A stretch of 64,000 nt of DNA from Thermoplasmata archaeon. Its GTDB lineage: Archaea; Thermoplasmatota; Thermoplasmata; Lutacidiplasmatales; UBA184. This document shows positions 43,340 through 51,742 of this stretch, one piece after another. The stretch lies in assembly GCA_049802875.1 (NCBI GenBank), contig JBARNH010000054.1, forward strand, positions 12,393 to 76,392. Reading direction: 5' to 3'. The notes below the pieces were generated by a model. That model was not told the origin of the DNA and searched no databases. It saw only the letters and a list, made by a program, of their open reading frames with translations. A program made the translations under genes and the position numbers. Within the stretch, counting starts at the first letter, position 1. Each line of letters begins with the position of its first letter.

Positions 43340-44517
43340 CGAGCGAGCACCTCCCGGTAGACGACCTCGAGTCGATCGACGAGCCGATCCCACGTGTAGA
43401 GCGGGACGACCTCGGTGCGGCCGTGCCGCCCGAGCCGCCGCGCCAGACCGTCGTCGGCCCAGAGACGCTGCATCGCTTCCGCGAGCGGCGCCACTTGGCC
43501 GGGGGGAACGAGGAGACCCGACCGCTCGTCCTCGATGAACTCGGGGATACCGCCGACCCTCGAGGCCACGACCGGAGTTCCCTGGGCGAGCGATTCGAGG
43601 AGCACGAGTCCGAACGCTTCGTACTCGCTCGCGAGCACCGTGAAGTTCGCCTCTCGATACGCCGCCGCGAGGAAGGACTCGTCCGGGACGTGACCGACGA
43701 AGTGGACTCGTGCTTCGAGACCTAGGCCGCGGGCGCGGGCCTCGAGGGTCGAGCGCATCCCGCCGTCCTCGCCGACCAACACGAGGTGGGCGTCGGTCGC
43801 GTCGCGGGCCAGGGTCGCGAACGCCTGGATCAGCTCGACCAGGCCCTTGTTGGAGGCCAGTCGGCCGACGAACAGCACGTACGGACCCGAAATCCCGTAT
43901 CTTTCACGGAAGGGCGCCGGTCCGTCGGGCGGGGCCGGCATCGGGGAGTATCCGGGCGGGATGATCTCCACCGGAGGTAGCGCGAGCCCGAGCGTTCCCA
44001 CTAGGCGTTCTTCCTCTCGACTTTGCACGATCAGGCGAGCGGCGGACGCGACGGCGGGTCCGGCCAGACGCCGATCGTAGAATCCGCGGATCCGGTGGCG
44101 CAGCCACCCTCCTTGGATCGACCAGATCGGATGGAAGTGGGCTGTGAGGACGAACGGGGTCCCGGTGCGACGGCGGAAGCGTCGGGCGGCGGCGACCTGA
44201 TTTGTGCCGTAGGTGTGGACGTGGAGGATCTCCGGCGAGTCCCGCCGCAGGGCGCGGTCCAACCCCCGAAAGAACGGGTAGTGGAGCTCGCCCGGCAGGG
44301 ACCAGACCGGGAGGCGGTGAACCGCTCCGAACGAGGTGCGCCCCTCCCGGGCCACGGTCCGCGGAAGTCGCTCCATCGGAAACTCGCGATAGAGGTCGCT
44401 CGTGTAGACACCGACCGCATGGCCCCGCGCGCCGAGTCGCCGCGCGACCTCCCCGACGTGTCGTTCGACCCCGCCGGGGCCGGGAGGATACCGGGTCGAC
44501 AACTGCGCGATCTTCAC
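43336..44517 (-). CDS. GT4-family glycosyltransferase
   Basis: MKIAQLSTRYPPGPGGVERHV...GRLASNKGLVELIQAF...ASEYEAFGLVLLESLAQGTPVVASRVGGIPEFI. Confidence 0.9.
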   Translation of the reverse strand: MKIAQLSTRYPPGPGGVERHVGEVARRLGARGHAVGVYTSDLYREFPMERLPRTVAREGRTSFGAVHRLPVWSLPGELHYPFFRGLDRALRRDSPEILHVHTYGTNQVAAARRFRRRTGTPFVLTAHFHPIWSIQGGWLRHRIRGFYDRRLAGPAVASAARLIVQSREEERLVGTLGLALPPVEIIPPGYSPMPAPPDGPAPFRERYGISGPYVLFVGRLASNKGLVELIQAFATLARDATDAHLVLVGEDGGMRSTLEARARGLGLEARVHFVGHVPDESFLAAAYREANFTVLASEYEAFGLVLLESLAQGTPVVASRVGGIPEFIEDERSGLLVPPGQVAPLAEAMQRLWADDGLARRLGRHGRTEVVPLYTWDRLVDRLEVVYREVLAR

Positions 44518-44574
44518 GGAGGGCGAAGTATCGCTCCTCTTACTTGACGGAGCGGGCGTTCCGGTATCGAGGGG

Positions 44575-45654
44575 CTACGAGAGGGCCCGCATGCCGGCGA
44601 GCCGTTGGGCATACTTCTTGTAGACCTCGGTCGCGCGCGCGACGGACTCGATCTTGACGTACTCGTTGGCCTGATGCGAGAGTTCCTCTTCCCCGGCCCC
44701 GAAGATCACGACCCGAGGATTCACCTGAGTGTAGTGAACCGCTTCGGAGGCGTGGACGAGCACGGCGCTCTCGGCCTGCGCGACGTCCCGAAGCACCTTC
44801 ACGTGCTCGGAGTTGGGGTCGATCTGGACCGCGGGCATCGAGAGGATCCGCCGGAGAGTGAACGGGGTCTTGATCCGTCGAAGGTGCTCCTCGATCTCGT
44901 GATAGAGCTGGTCGGGGGAGTACGGGGGAGGGAACCGGATGTCGACCTCCGCGGTGCATTTGTTCGGGACCACGTTCAGTCGCGTCCCTCCGTTGAAGGT
45001 CCCGATGTTGAGGGTCACGCTCCCGAGGTCGGGGTGGGCGATTCGTCCTTTGAAGGACTCGAGACCGCGCAGGATCCGCATCATCTTCCCGATCGCGTTC
45101 TCCCCCAGATGCGGCATCGCGCCGTGCGCCGCCTTCCCGCGGGTCTCGATCGCGAGGTCGAGGACTCCCTTCTCGGCGTAGGCGACGCGCAAGCCGGTCG
45201 GCTCCCCGACCACCACGGCCTTCGCCCGACGGAGCGGGAGGGTCTTCGAGAGGGCCATCGCGCCCTGCATGGTCGTTTCCTCGTCGGTCGTGAACGCGAG
45301 GACCACCGGGATCTTCCGAGCCACGAGGTCCTGGGCGGCCTCGAGCATCGCGATCACGGTCCCCTTCATGTCCGCCGCCCCTCGGCCGTACATCCGCCCG
45401 GACGCGAGCTGGCTCTGCGAGAAACTCCAATAGTCGCCCACGGGCGGAGTGTCCAAGTGGCCGGAGAGAACGACGCCTCCCTGACCGTACTCGGCGAGCA
45501 GGGACGGGGTCTGGGTTTCCCCGAAGAGCGTGTTGCGCATGTGGATCTGGTCGGTGAACGACTGGACGTAGTCGAGCACCTCCTGCTTGTCGGAGAACGG
45601 GTCGCTCGGGATCTTGATCAGCTCGGCAAGCATATCGACCATCTGACGTTTCAT
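44575..45654 (-). CDS. M20 family metallohydrolase (ArgE/DapE/acylase-like)
   Basis: LIKIPS...VVLSGHLDTPPVG...GRGAADMKG...TTDEET is the standard M20 metal-ligand pattern. Confidence 0.88.
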   Translation of the reverse strand: MKRQMVDMLAELIKIPSDPFSDKQEVLDYVQSFTDQIHMRNTLFGETQTPSLLAEYGQGGVVLSGHLDTPPVGDYWSFSQSQLASGRMYGRGAADMKGTVIAMLEAAQDLVARKIPVVLAFTTDEETTMQGAMALSKTLPLRRAKAVVVGEPTGLRVAYAEKGVLDLAIETRGKAAHGAMPHLGENAIGKMMRILRGLESFKGRIAHPDLGSVTLNIGTFNGGTRLNVVPNKCTAEVDIRFPPPYSPDQLYHEIEEHLRRIKTPFTLRRILSMPAVQIDPNSEHVKVLRDVAQAESAVLVHASEAVHYTQVNPRVVIFGAGEEELSHQANEYVKIESVARATEVYKKYAQRLAGMRALS

Positions 45655-45828
45655 CGGTGCGCAAACCTCTCGCCGTTCGGTCGGGTCAACCGCGAACGAT
45701 CTTCCTTCCGGAATCGCGGGAAGCGTCTTAATCGCTTGCCTCGGGCCATCGGGCGGGCGGAGAGCGGCGGCCGGCGCCGGCCAGACCCTCGAGCGAGCGA
45801 CCGGTGGTACGGTCCAGTATTCGGCCGC

Positions 45829-47079
45829 TCAGGCCACGGTTCGCTGGGTCGAAGGGTCGGGCGGAGGCGCCGGAGCCGGGCGGGCCGAGGGGGGCTGGCG
45901 AGCCGCGAGCGCGGGGCGGCTGTCCCCGGTCGACCACTGGATGGTCGGGACCACGACGTGCCGGCGCGCTTCCAGCCGACGGCGGAAACGGAGGAGGTCA
46001 CGGAAGATCTCGCGGATTACGTCCTCGAGCTCGCGAGTCCGACGGTACCCCAGCGCTGGCAGATGGTCGTGGACGGGCTGGTAGAAGTGCTGTTCCGCCT
46101 CGGTCCGGGGATTCGGCGGGTGCTCGATCGTCGGGCGCAGGTCCAACTCCGCTGCGATTCGGGAGGTCCGCTCCGCGAGGTCGTTCACGGAATACGCGGC
46201 GTCGAACTGGTTGAAGACGCGGTACTCGCCCCGATCGGGCGGGTGCTCCACGGCGATCCGGAGCGATTGCATCGAATCCTCCAGAGCGATGAACCCCCGC
46301 TGCTGCTCTCCCTTGCCGTACGGGGTGATCGGGACGCCGAGGACGGCCTGCGCGATGAATCGGTTCAGCGCGGTCCCCCAGGTTTCGTCGAAATCGAAAC
46401 GGGTGAGCAGCCGGTCGTCCGTGATCTCCGGGGTACGGATTCCGTAGATGACTCCCTGCATGACGTCGGTCGCCTTGAGGTTCCAGATTTTCGATGCGAA
46501 CATGACGTCGCCGGAGTCGAACACCTTGCTCCAGTGGTACCACGACCCAGCCTGGCGAGGAAACGGGAGTCGGGCCTTCCGACCGCGGAACTCGACCTCG
46601 AAGAACCCCTCGGGAATCTCCACGTCCGGAGTCCCGTATTCGCCCATCGTCCCCATCTTGACGAGGTGGGCGTTCGGGCACACTTCGCGCATCGCGTAGA
46701 GAAGGTGGAGGGTCCCGGTCACGTTCTCGACCTGAGTGGCGACCGCGTGATGGACATCGATCATCGAGTACGGGGCTGAGCGCTGCTCGGCCAGGTGCAC
46801 GATCGCGTCCGGCGTCTCCGCCTCGAGTACGTGTCGGGTGAAGTCGTATCTCCCGAGATCGCCTCGATGGAATCCGAGCTCCTTGCCAAAGAGCTCCCGC
46901 ACCGCAGTCTGGCGTCGCGCGAACGACGGGATCGGAGTCGCCGACCAGCTGCCCACCTCGCGCACCCGCCTGCGGGTCACGAAGTTGTCGACGCCGACCA
47001 CCTCGTGGCCACGCGAAAGAAGGTGGAGCGCGAGCGGCCACCCGGAGTAGCCATCGATACCGGTAATGAGGACCTTCAT
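45829..47079 (-). CDS. sqdB: UDP-sulfoquinovose synthase (SQD1/SqdB/Agl3 type SDR)
   Basis: ITGIDGYSGWPLALHL...HLAEQRSAPYSMID...HLVKMGTMGEYGTPDVEIPEG...AGSWYHWSKV...TDVMQGVIYG...FGTALNRFIAQAV...PYGKGEQQRGF...YRVFNQF...PNPRTEAEQHFY is collinear, as far as I recall it, with plant SQD1. It has a Pro/Ala-rich C-terminal tail. Confidence 0.88.
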   Translation of the reverse strand: MKVLITGIDGYSGWPLALHLLSRGHEVVGVDNFVTRRRVREVGSWSATPIPSFARRQTAVRELFGKELGFHRGDLGRYDFTRHVLEAETPDAIVHLAEQRSAPYSMIDVHHAVATQVENVTGTLHLLYAMREVCPNAHLVKMGTMGEYGTPDVEIPEGFFEVEFRGRKARLPFPRQAGSWYHWSKVFDSGDVMFASKIWNLKATDVMQGVIYGIRTPEITDDRLLTRFDFDETWGTALNRFIAQAVLGVPITPYGKGEQQRGFIALEDSMQSLRIAVEHPPDRGEYRVFNQFDAAYSVNDLAERTSRIAAELDLRPTIEHPPNPRTEAEQHFYQPVHDHLPALGYRRTRELEDVIREIFRDLLRFRRRLEARRHVVVPTIQWSTGDSRPALAARQPPSARPAPAPPPDPSTQRTVA

Positions 47080-47213
47080 CCGGAAACCGTCGAGCCATGC
47101 GTGACGCCGACCTTAAAATCTGGGGGTCGCCCGTTGCGTTACGAATCCCTCGGTCCAAAAGTGGTTAAGCCGTCGCGGGCTCCCGGCGCTCCGAGCCCGG
47201 AGGCGAGAGCGGG

Positions 47214-47990
47214 ATGGAGTCGCACGACGTCCGCATCGTCGACACACGCGACGAACCGCTCCAGGGGGCGATGATGGTCGTGGGGTTCCCGACCCACGGG
47301 CTCGTGGGGTCGGTCGCGGCGTCCTACCTCGTTCACACCCTCGACATGAGCCTGGTCGCTTACATGGTGAGCGAGGAATTTCCGCCGACCGTGATCATGG
47401 AGGAGGGGGTCGTCGGCGCGCCCGTTCGATTCTACGCGAGCAAGCTCGTCTGCGGGGTGGATCGTTCGTGCGACCAGCTGGTGGTCGTGATCGCGGACAT
47501 ACAACCCCCGGTGGGCATGCTGAACCTCATGGGGCGGTCCCTCCTCGATTGGGCCGCGGCGAAAGGGATCCAGCTCATCGTCGCCGTCGAGGGCCAGCCG
47601 ATCGAGGACGAGGCCCGCGGGGACGCCCGTGTCGTCGCGATGGCGAACCGAGCGGCGGCACCTCTCCTCGAGAAATACCAATTCACTGCTGCGAACGGGG
47701 TCGTCACCGGCCTCGCGGGCGGTCTCCTGCTCGGTGCCATCGGTCGGACGACTCCGGTCCTCTGCCTCGTTGCCCAAGCGCACAAGGACTACCCGGACGC
47801 GCGGGCCGCGGCGAAGGTGATCGAAACCATCAATCCGCTGGTTCCCCTGATCGTCCTCGACACGAAACCGCTCCGGGAGAAGGCGCGCGAGATCGAGGCC
47901 GAGGTTCGGAAGACGTTACAGCAGACGCGCGAATCGATCTCGAGCATGCGCACGGCCGAGGCCGAAGGGCCGGGTGAGATGTATCGCTGA
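47214..47990 (+). CDS. PAC2/Pba-type proteasome assembly chaperone with C-terminal HbYX motif
   Basis: MMVVGFPTHGLVGSVAASYLV...VVTGLAGGLL fits the PAC2 family pattern, and the C-terminus ends ...GEMYR (hydrophobic-Tyr-X). Confidence 0.75.
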   Translation: MESHDVRIVDTRDEPLQGAMMVVGFPTHGLVGSVAASYLVHTLDMSLVAYMVSEEFPPTVIMEEGVVGAPVRFYASKLVCGVDRSCDQLVVVIADIQPPVGMLNLMGRSLLDWAAAKGIQLIVAVEGQPIEDEARGDARVVAMANRAAAPLLEKYQFTAANGVVTGLAGGLLLGAIGRTTPVLCLVAQAHKDYPDARAAAKVIETINPLVPLIVLDTKPLREKAREIEAEVRKTLQQTRESISSMRTAEAEGPGEMYR

Positions 47991-48039
47991 TACGGCACCG
48001 GGGACGTCCGTCTTCCACGTTCCGGATGACCGACCTCCC

Positions 48040-48480
48040 GTGACCCTGCGCGGGTTCCGCGCGACCGACGTTCCGTTCATCTCGGCCATCGTCGCCGACG
48101 CGCTCCACGAACACTACGACCCGACGCTCTACCAATCGCTGAGCACGGAATGGCCGGACGGATTCCTCATCGCCGCGGACCCGCACGATGTCCCGATCGG
48201 TTTCCTGCTCGGAGTCAACCAGGTCGAGCGGGAGTCCCGGGTGCTGATGTTCGCGGTCGACCGGAATCACCGAACGCTCGGCGTCGGTACCTTGCTCATG
48301 AACACGTTCTTCGAACGCTGCCGGTCGCGGGGCTACCGCCGAGTGACCCTCGAGGTCCGGGTGTCGAACGCGACCGCGATCCGGTTCTACACTCGATTCG
48401 CCTACTCCGTGATCGATCTCCTGCGGGCCTACTACTCGGACGGGGAGAACGGCTACCAGATGGCGAGAGAGGTCGGGTAA
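48040..48480 (+). CDS. GNAT N-acetyltransferase (RimI/Ard1-like)
   Basis: LRGFRATDVPFISAI...MFAVDRNHRTLGVGTLLMNTFFERCRSRGYRRVTLEVRVSNATAIRFYTRFAY contains the Q/RxxGxG/A acetyl-CoA motif. The track start GTG 47974 overlaps the PAC2 gene, and in-frame GTG 48040 gives a typical N-terminus. Confidence 0.85.
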   Translation: MTLRGFRATDVPFISAIVADALHEHYDPTLYQSLSTEWPDGFLIAADPHDVPIGFLLGVNQVERESRVLMFAVDRNHRTLGVGTLLMNTFFERCRSRGYRRVTLEVRVSNATAIRFYTRFAYSVIDLLRAYYSDGENGYQMAREVG

Positions 48481-48503
48481 CTCCCCCCACGCCGGGCGCA
48501 GGG

Positions 48504-48511
48504 GCTAAAGC
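48504..48511 (+). promoter_or_regulatory. TATA-like box GCTAAAGC for the CBS-NAC operon
   Basis: Centred about 28 nt upstream of ATG 48535. Confidence 0.5.
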
Positions 48512-48534
48512 CTCTCGTCTCTCGTCGCCCCGCG

Positions 48535-49788
48535 ATGGTAGCTCCGTGGCCTTCGGCGCGGGATCTGATGACGGCGCGCCCGTCGACGCTCCCGCACGAC
48601 GCCCCGATCTCTCGAGCGCTCGGACTGATGCGTACCAAGGGGTTCCACGAGATCCCGGTCCTCCGCAACACCCGCCTCATCGGGATGATCACCTTCGAGT
48701 CGATCGCTCGGCGGGTGAGTCGCGCCCTGGACGCGAAGGTCGAACACATCCTGATCCTGCCGCCGCTCGTGACGCCCGCGACCCAATTGCCCGAGATCGC
48801 CGAACAACTGCTCGCGTCGGGTCTCCGGGCCGCCCCGGTGGTCGGGCCTCGGGGCGAGCTCCTGGGGATCGTGAGCCGAACCGACCTCGTCCGAGCGCTG
48901 GTCACCGTCCCCGAAGCGACCCGCACGCGGGTCGAGGAGATCGCTCGCGCGGCGAGCTTGGTCATTCACGAGAACGACATGTGCCGCCATCTGCTCGGAC
49001 AGATCCGCCTCATCGAGGAGCATCCGCTCCCCGTCGTGGACCGCAAGGACCACCTCGTGGGCGCGATCGGCGTCGCGGACCTCGGCGCCGTGCTCTGGCG
49101 GCCGGTCACGGGAGGCAAGCGCGACGCGCGTGCGGGGCGCCCGGCGATCGACGTGAAGGTCGGCTCGATCATGCACGCGCCGGCCGTGACCGTACCGACC
49201 GGAACGGCGGCCTCCGAGGCGGCCCGACTGATGACGCGCGAGCGGGTGTCGAGTGTCTTCGTGGTCGACGACGGGCGTCCTCCGAGGGTCGTCGGGCAGG
49301 CCGAGCTTCTCCAGCTCGTCGTGGGGCGCGGAAGGACTCCCGGCGCCGCGGGCGGGGTCGAGGACGTGTACGTGGAGATCACCGGCCTCCGAGGTTCCGG
49401 GGACCCCGGCCTCCTCGCGGAGATCGACCACTTGGTCGCCACCGGCCTACGACGGATCCATCAGCACGTCCGGCCGACGCTTCTCACCCTCCACTTTGCT
49501 CCGCACGCCACGCACCGGACCAGTGACATCACCGTCGAGGCCCGTCTGCACACGGACGACGGGATATTCTACGCGACCCACACCGGTTGGAACCTTCTGG
49601 CCGGGGTGTCGGATCTGCTGGAAGAGCTCGGCGGTCAGACCCGACGTGTCCGCGAGGCTCGACGGCAACGGGGCCACCGGGGCCGAGCCCACGATGCGGA
49701 CGAGGAGACCCGGGTCGACGACCCGGACCTGGAGCGGAGAATCCGGTCGGCGACGAGGGACGAGAGTTCCGAGGACGAGGAACCATGA
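48535..49788 (+). CDS. four-CBS-domain protein with C-terminal HPF/YfiA-like domain and acidic tail
   Basis: Four CBS motifs occupy aa ~10-262 (for example HEIPVLRNTRLIGMITFESI, AAPVVGPRGELLGIVSRTDL, PLPVVDRKDHLVGAIGVADL, SSVFVVDDGRPPRVVGQAELL). The CBS call is firm. The assignment of aa ~276-375 to the HPF/YfiA fold is by eye only (see findings). Confidence 0.85.
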   Translation: MVAPWPSARDLMTARPSTLPHDAPISRALGLMRTKGFHEIPVLRNTRLIGMITFESIARRVSRALDAKVEHILILPPLVTPATQLPEIAEQLLASGLRAAPVVGPRGELLGIVSRTDLVRALVTVPEATRTRVEEIARAASLVIHENDMCRHLLGQIRLIEEHPLPVVDRKDHLVGAIGVADLGAVLWRPVTGGKRDARAGRPAIDVKVGSIMHAPAVTVPTGTAASEAARLMTRERVSSVFVVDDGRPPRVVGQAELLQLVVGRGRTPGAAGGVEDVYVEITGLRGSGDPGLLAEIDHLVATGLRRIHQHVRPTLLTLHFAPHATHRTSDITVEARLHTDDGIFYATHTGWNLLAGVSDLLEELGGQTRRVREARRQRGHRGRAHDADEETRVDDPDLERRIRSATRDESSEDEEP

Positions 49789-50177
49789 TCCCGGGGGGAC
49801 CGCGCAACGCACGGCAGATGGAGCAGATGATGCGCCGGCTCGGGATGACCAGTGAGCCGATCCCCGAAGTCGAAGAAGTGGTCGTGCGTACCCGAACGAA
49901 GGAGCTGGTCTTTCGCGAGCCCGAGGTGACGGCCCTCACCGTCCAAGGAGTGCGGACGTACCAGGTCGTCGGAGAGCCCGTCGTTCGCTCGCGGACCTCC
50001 GAGCCGGGGTCTGGGTCGTCGGCCGCGGCTACGCCGCCCTCCGGCCCGCCCGAGGAGGACGTACGGCTCGTGATGGAGCAGGCGAACGTCTCCCGCGAAG
50101 AAGCGCTCGAGGCCCTGACTCAGACCCACGGGGAACCCGCCGAGGCGATCCTCAAGATCCTGACTCGGGGTGGGTAG
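49785..50177 (+). CDS. nac: nascent polypeptide-associated complex protein (archaeal NAC, NAC + UBA domains)
   Basis: MIPGGPRNARQMEQMMRRLGMTSEPIPEVEEVVVRTRTKELVFREPEVTALTVQGVRTYQVVG...EEDVRLVMEQANVSREEALEALTQTHGEPAEAILKIL. Its ATG overlaps the CBS gene TGA (ATGA at 49785-49788). Confidence 0.93.
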   Translation: MIPGGPRNARQMEQMMRRLGMTSEPIPEVEEVVVRTRTKELVFREPEVTALTVQGVRTYQVVGEPVVRSRTSEPGSGSSAAATPPSGPPEEDVRLVMEQANVSREEALEALTQTHGEPAEAILKILTRGG

Positions 50178-50627
50178 TTGGACGAGCCCGCCGGACCCGT
50201 GGTCCGGGAGTGCGTCGAGGGGTACCTCTACGCCGACCCTCCGCTCGAGTTGTTGCTCTTGCGACGACCGCCGGCCCGTGGGCGGTTCTGGGTGCCCGTC
50301 AGCGGCAAGGTCGAGGCGACGGACCGAGATTACGAAGCCGCCGTGCGGCGCGAGGTGATGGAGGAGACGGGGCTCGTCAAACCCCGACGCGTGATCCCGC
50401 TCGATTGGCACGTGCGGTTCCGGGCGGACAACGGGGAGGTGTGGCGGCTCCACGCCTTCGGGGTCGAGGTCGATCGGTCGTTCGTCCCGGTCCTCAGCGC
50501 CGAGCACGACGGGTGGCAGTGGGCCCGCCCGGAGATGGCGACGCGGCTCCTCCATTTCGAGGACAACCAACTCGCGGTGGAGCGGCTGGTCACGCGTCGC
50601 TTCGTGACCCCCTCCCCAAAGGCTTAG
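50178..50627 (+). CDS. NUDIX hydrolase
   Basis: GKVEATDRDYEAAVRREVMEETGL matches the Nudix box GX5EX7REUXEEXGU. The TTG start directly follows the NAC TAG. Confidence 0.85.
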   Translation: MDEPAGPVVRECVEGYLYADPPLELLLLRRPPARGRFWVPVSGKVEATDRDYEAAVRREVMEETGLVKPRRVIPLDWHVRFRADNGEVWRLHAFGVEVDRSFVPVLSAEHDGWQWARPEMATRLLHFEDNQLAVERLVTRRFVTPSPKA

Positions 50628-50659
50628 CGCCCGTCCTCCGTCGTCCGTCCTCGAGAGCG

Positions 50660-51697
50660 ATGGCGACCCGCGAGACCACCGGCGAGGCGGACGCACCGGC
50701 GACGTACGTGTTCCCGACCGTCGGCCCCGAGCTGTTCGCCGCGTTGCGGGCCGCGAAGGCCCGTCGGATCGTCCTCCAGGTTCCGGCGGGGCTGGTCCGG
50801 AACGCCCACGAGCTGGCGGCCCGGATCCGGACCGAGACCGGCACCCCCGTGACCGTGGCCGCCCGGGCGTGCTTCGGCGCTTGCGACTTTCCCTCGCGCG
50901 ACGAAGCGCCGAGGTCGGACGTCGCGGTCGTGCTCGGCCACTCGCCGATCCCGAACGTGCCGGTCGTTCGACCGACGTACTTCGTCGAGATGCGGGAGCC
51001 CGGAGGGGACCCGGAACACCTCGCCGCGATGGTGGAGCTGGCGGGGTTGCCGAGGCGCCTCGGGTTGGTCGCCTCGGTCCAGCACCTCGACCTGGTGGAA
51101 CCGCTGCGCGCCGCGCTCGAACGGGGAGGACGGAGCGTGCGGACCGGCCGCGGGGATCGCCGTCTCGCCTATCCGGCCCAAGCACTCGGTTGCAACTATA
51201 CCGGAGCCGAGGCCGTGGCCGCCGAGGTCGATGCGTTCCTGTTCCTGGGCACCGGTCGCTTCCACCCGGTCGGTCTCGCCTTCGCCGTCGACCGGCCGGT
51301 CTGGTCCCTCGATCCGTTGCAGAACCGGATGGAGCCCCCGATCGACCGAGGGGCCCTCGTCCGCCGCCGCCAGCTGACGGTGGCGACCGCCCGCGACGCG
51401 CTTCGCTGGGGAATCCTCGTCTCGTCGTTCGCGGGCCAGTATCGAATGCCCACCGCCCTCGCCTTGCAAGAGCGAGCCCAGGCCCGCGGCCGAACGGCCG
51501 AGATCCTCGTGTTCGACCGTCTCGACCCCCGCGACCTCGAAGGACGCGCCCTCGACGCCTACGTCAACACGGCGTGCCCACGCATTGCCCTCGACGACGG
51601 CGAGATGTATCCGAAGCCGATCCTGACGCCGCCCGAGTTCCTGATGGCGCTCGGGGAGCTCCCGCTCGAGCCGTATCGCTTCGACACGTACCACTGA
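50660..51697 (+). CDS. dph2: 2-(3-amino-3-carboxypropyl)histidine synthase (diphthamide biosynthesis)
   Basis: IVLQVPAGL...CFGACDF...GCNYTGA...FLFLGTGRFHP...YVNTACPRIALDD gives three conserved Cys-bearing segments typical of archaeal Dph2. Trimmed to ATG 50660. Confidence 0.88.
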   Translation: MATRETTGEADAPATYVFPTVGPELFAALRAAKARRIVLQVPAGLVRNAHELAARIRTETGTPVTVAARACFGACDFPSRDEAPRSDVAVVLGHSPIPNVPVVRPTYFVEMREPGGDPEHLAAMVELAGLPRRLGLVASVQHLDLVEPLRAALERGGRSVRTGRGDRRLAYPAQALGCNYTGAEAVAAEVDAFLFLGTGRFHPVGLAFAVDRPVWSLDPLQNRMEPPIDRGALVRRRQLTVATARDALRWGILVSSFAGQYRMPTALALQERAQARGRTAEILVFDRLDPRDLEGRALDAYVNTACPRIALDDGEMYPKPILTPPEFLMALGELPLEPYRFDTYH

Positions 51698-51742
51698 GCC
51701 CGACCGAAATTGAGAAGGTAGGGCCCGGGCGTACTCCCGTTC

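Noticed and set aside
44605-46779. 724-aa plus-strand ORF, the longest of its kind in the track
   Set aside because: It runs antisense to the M20 hydrolase and the UDP-sulfoquinovose synthase, both of which have strong family motifs. Its translation is Arg/Gly/Asp/Val-rich without any recognisable motif. Long stop-free antisense frames are expected in DNA this GC-rich.
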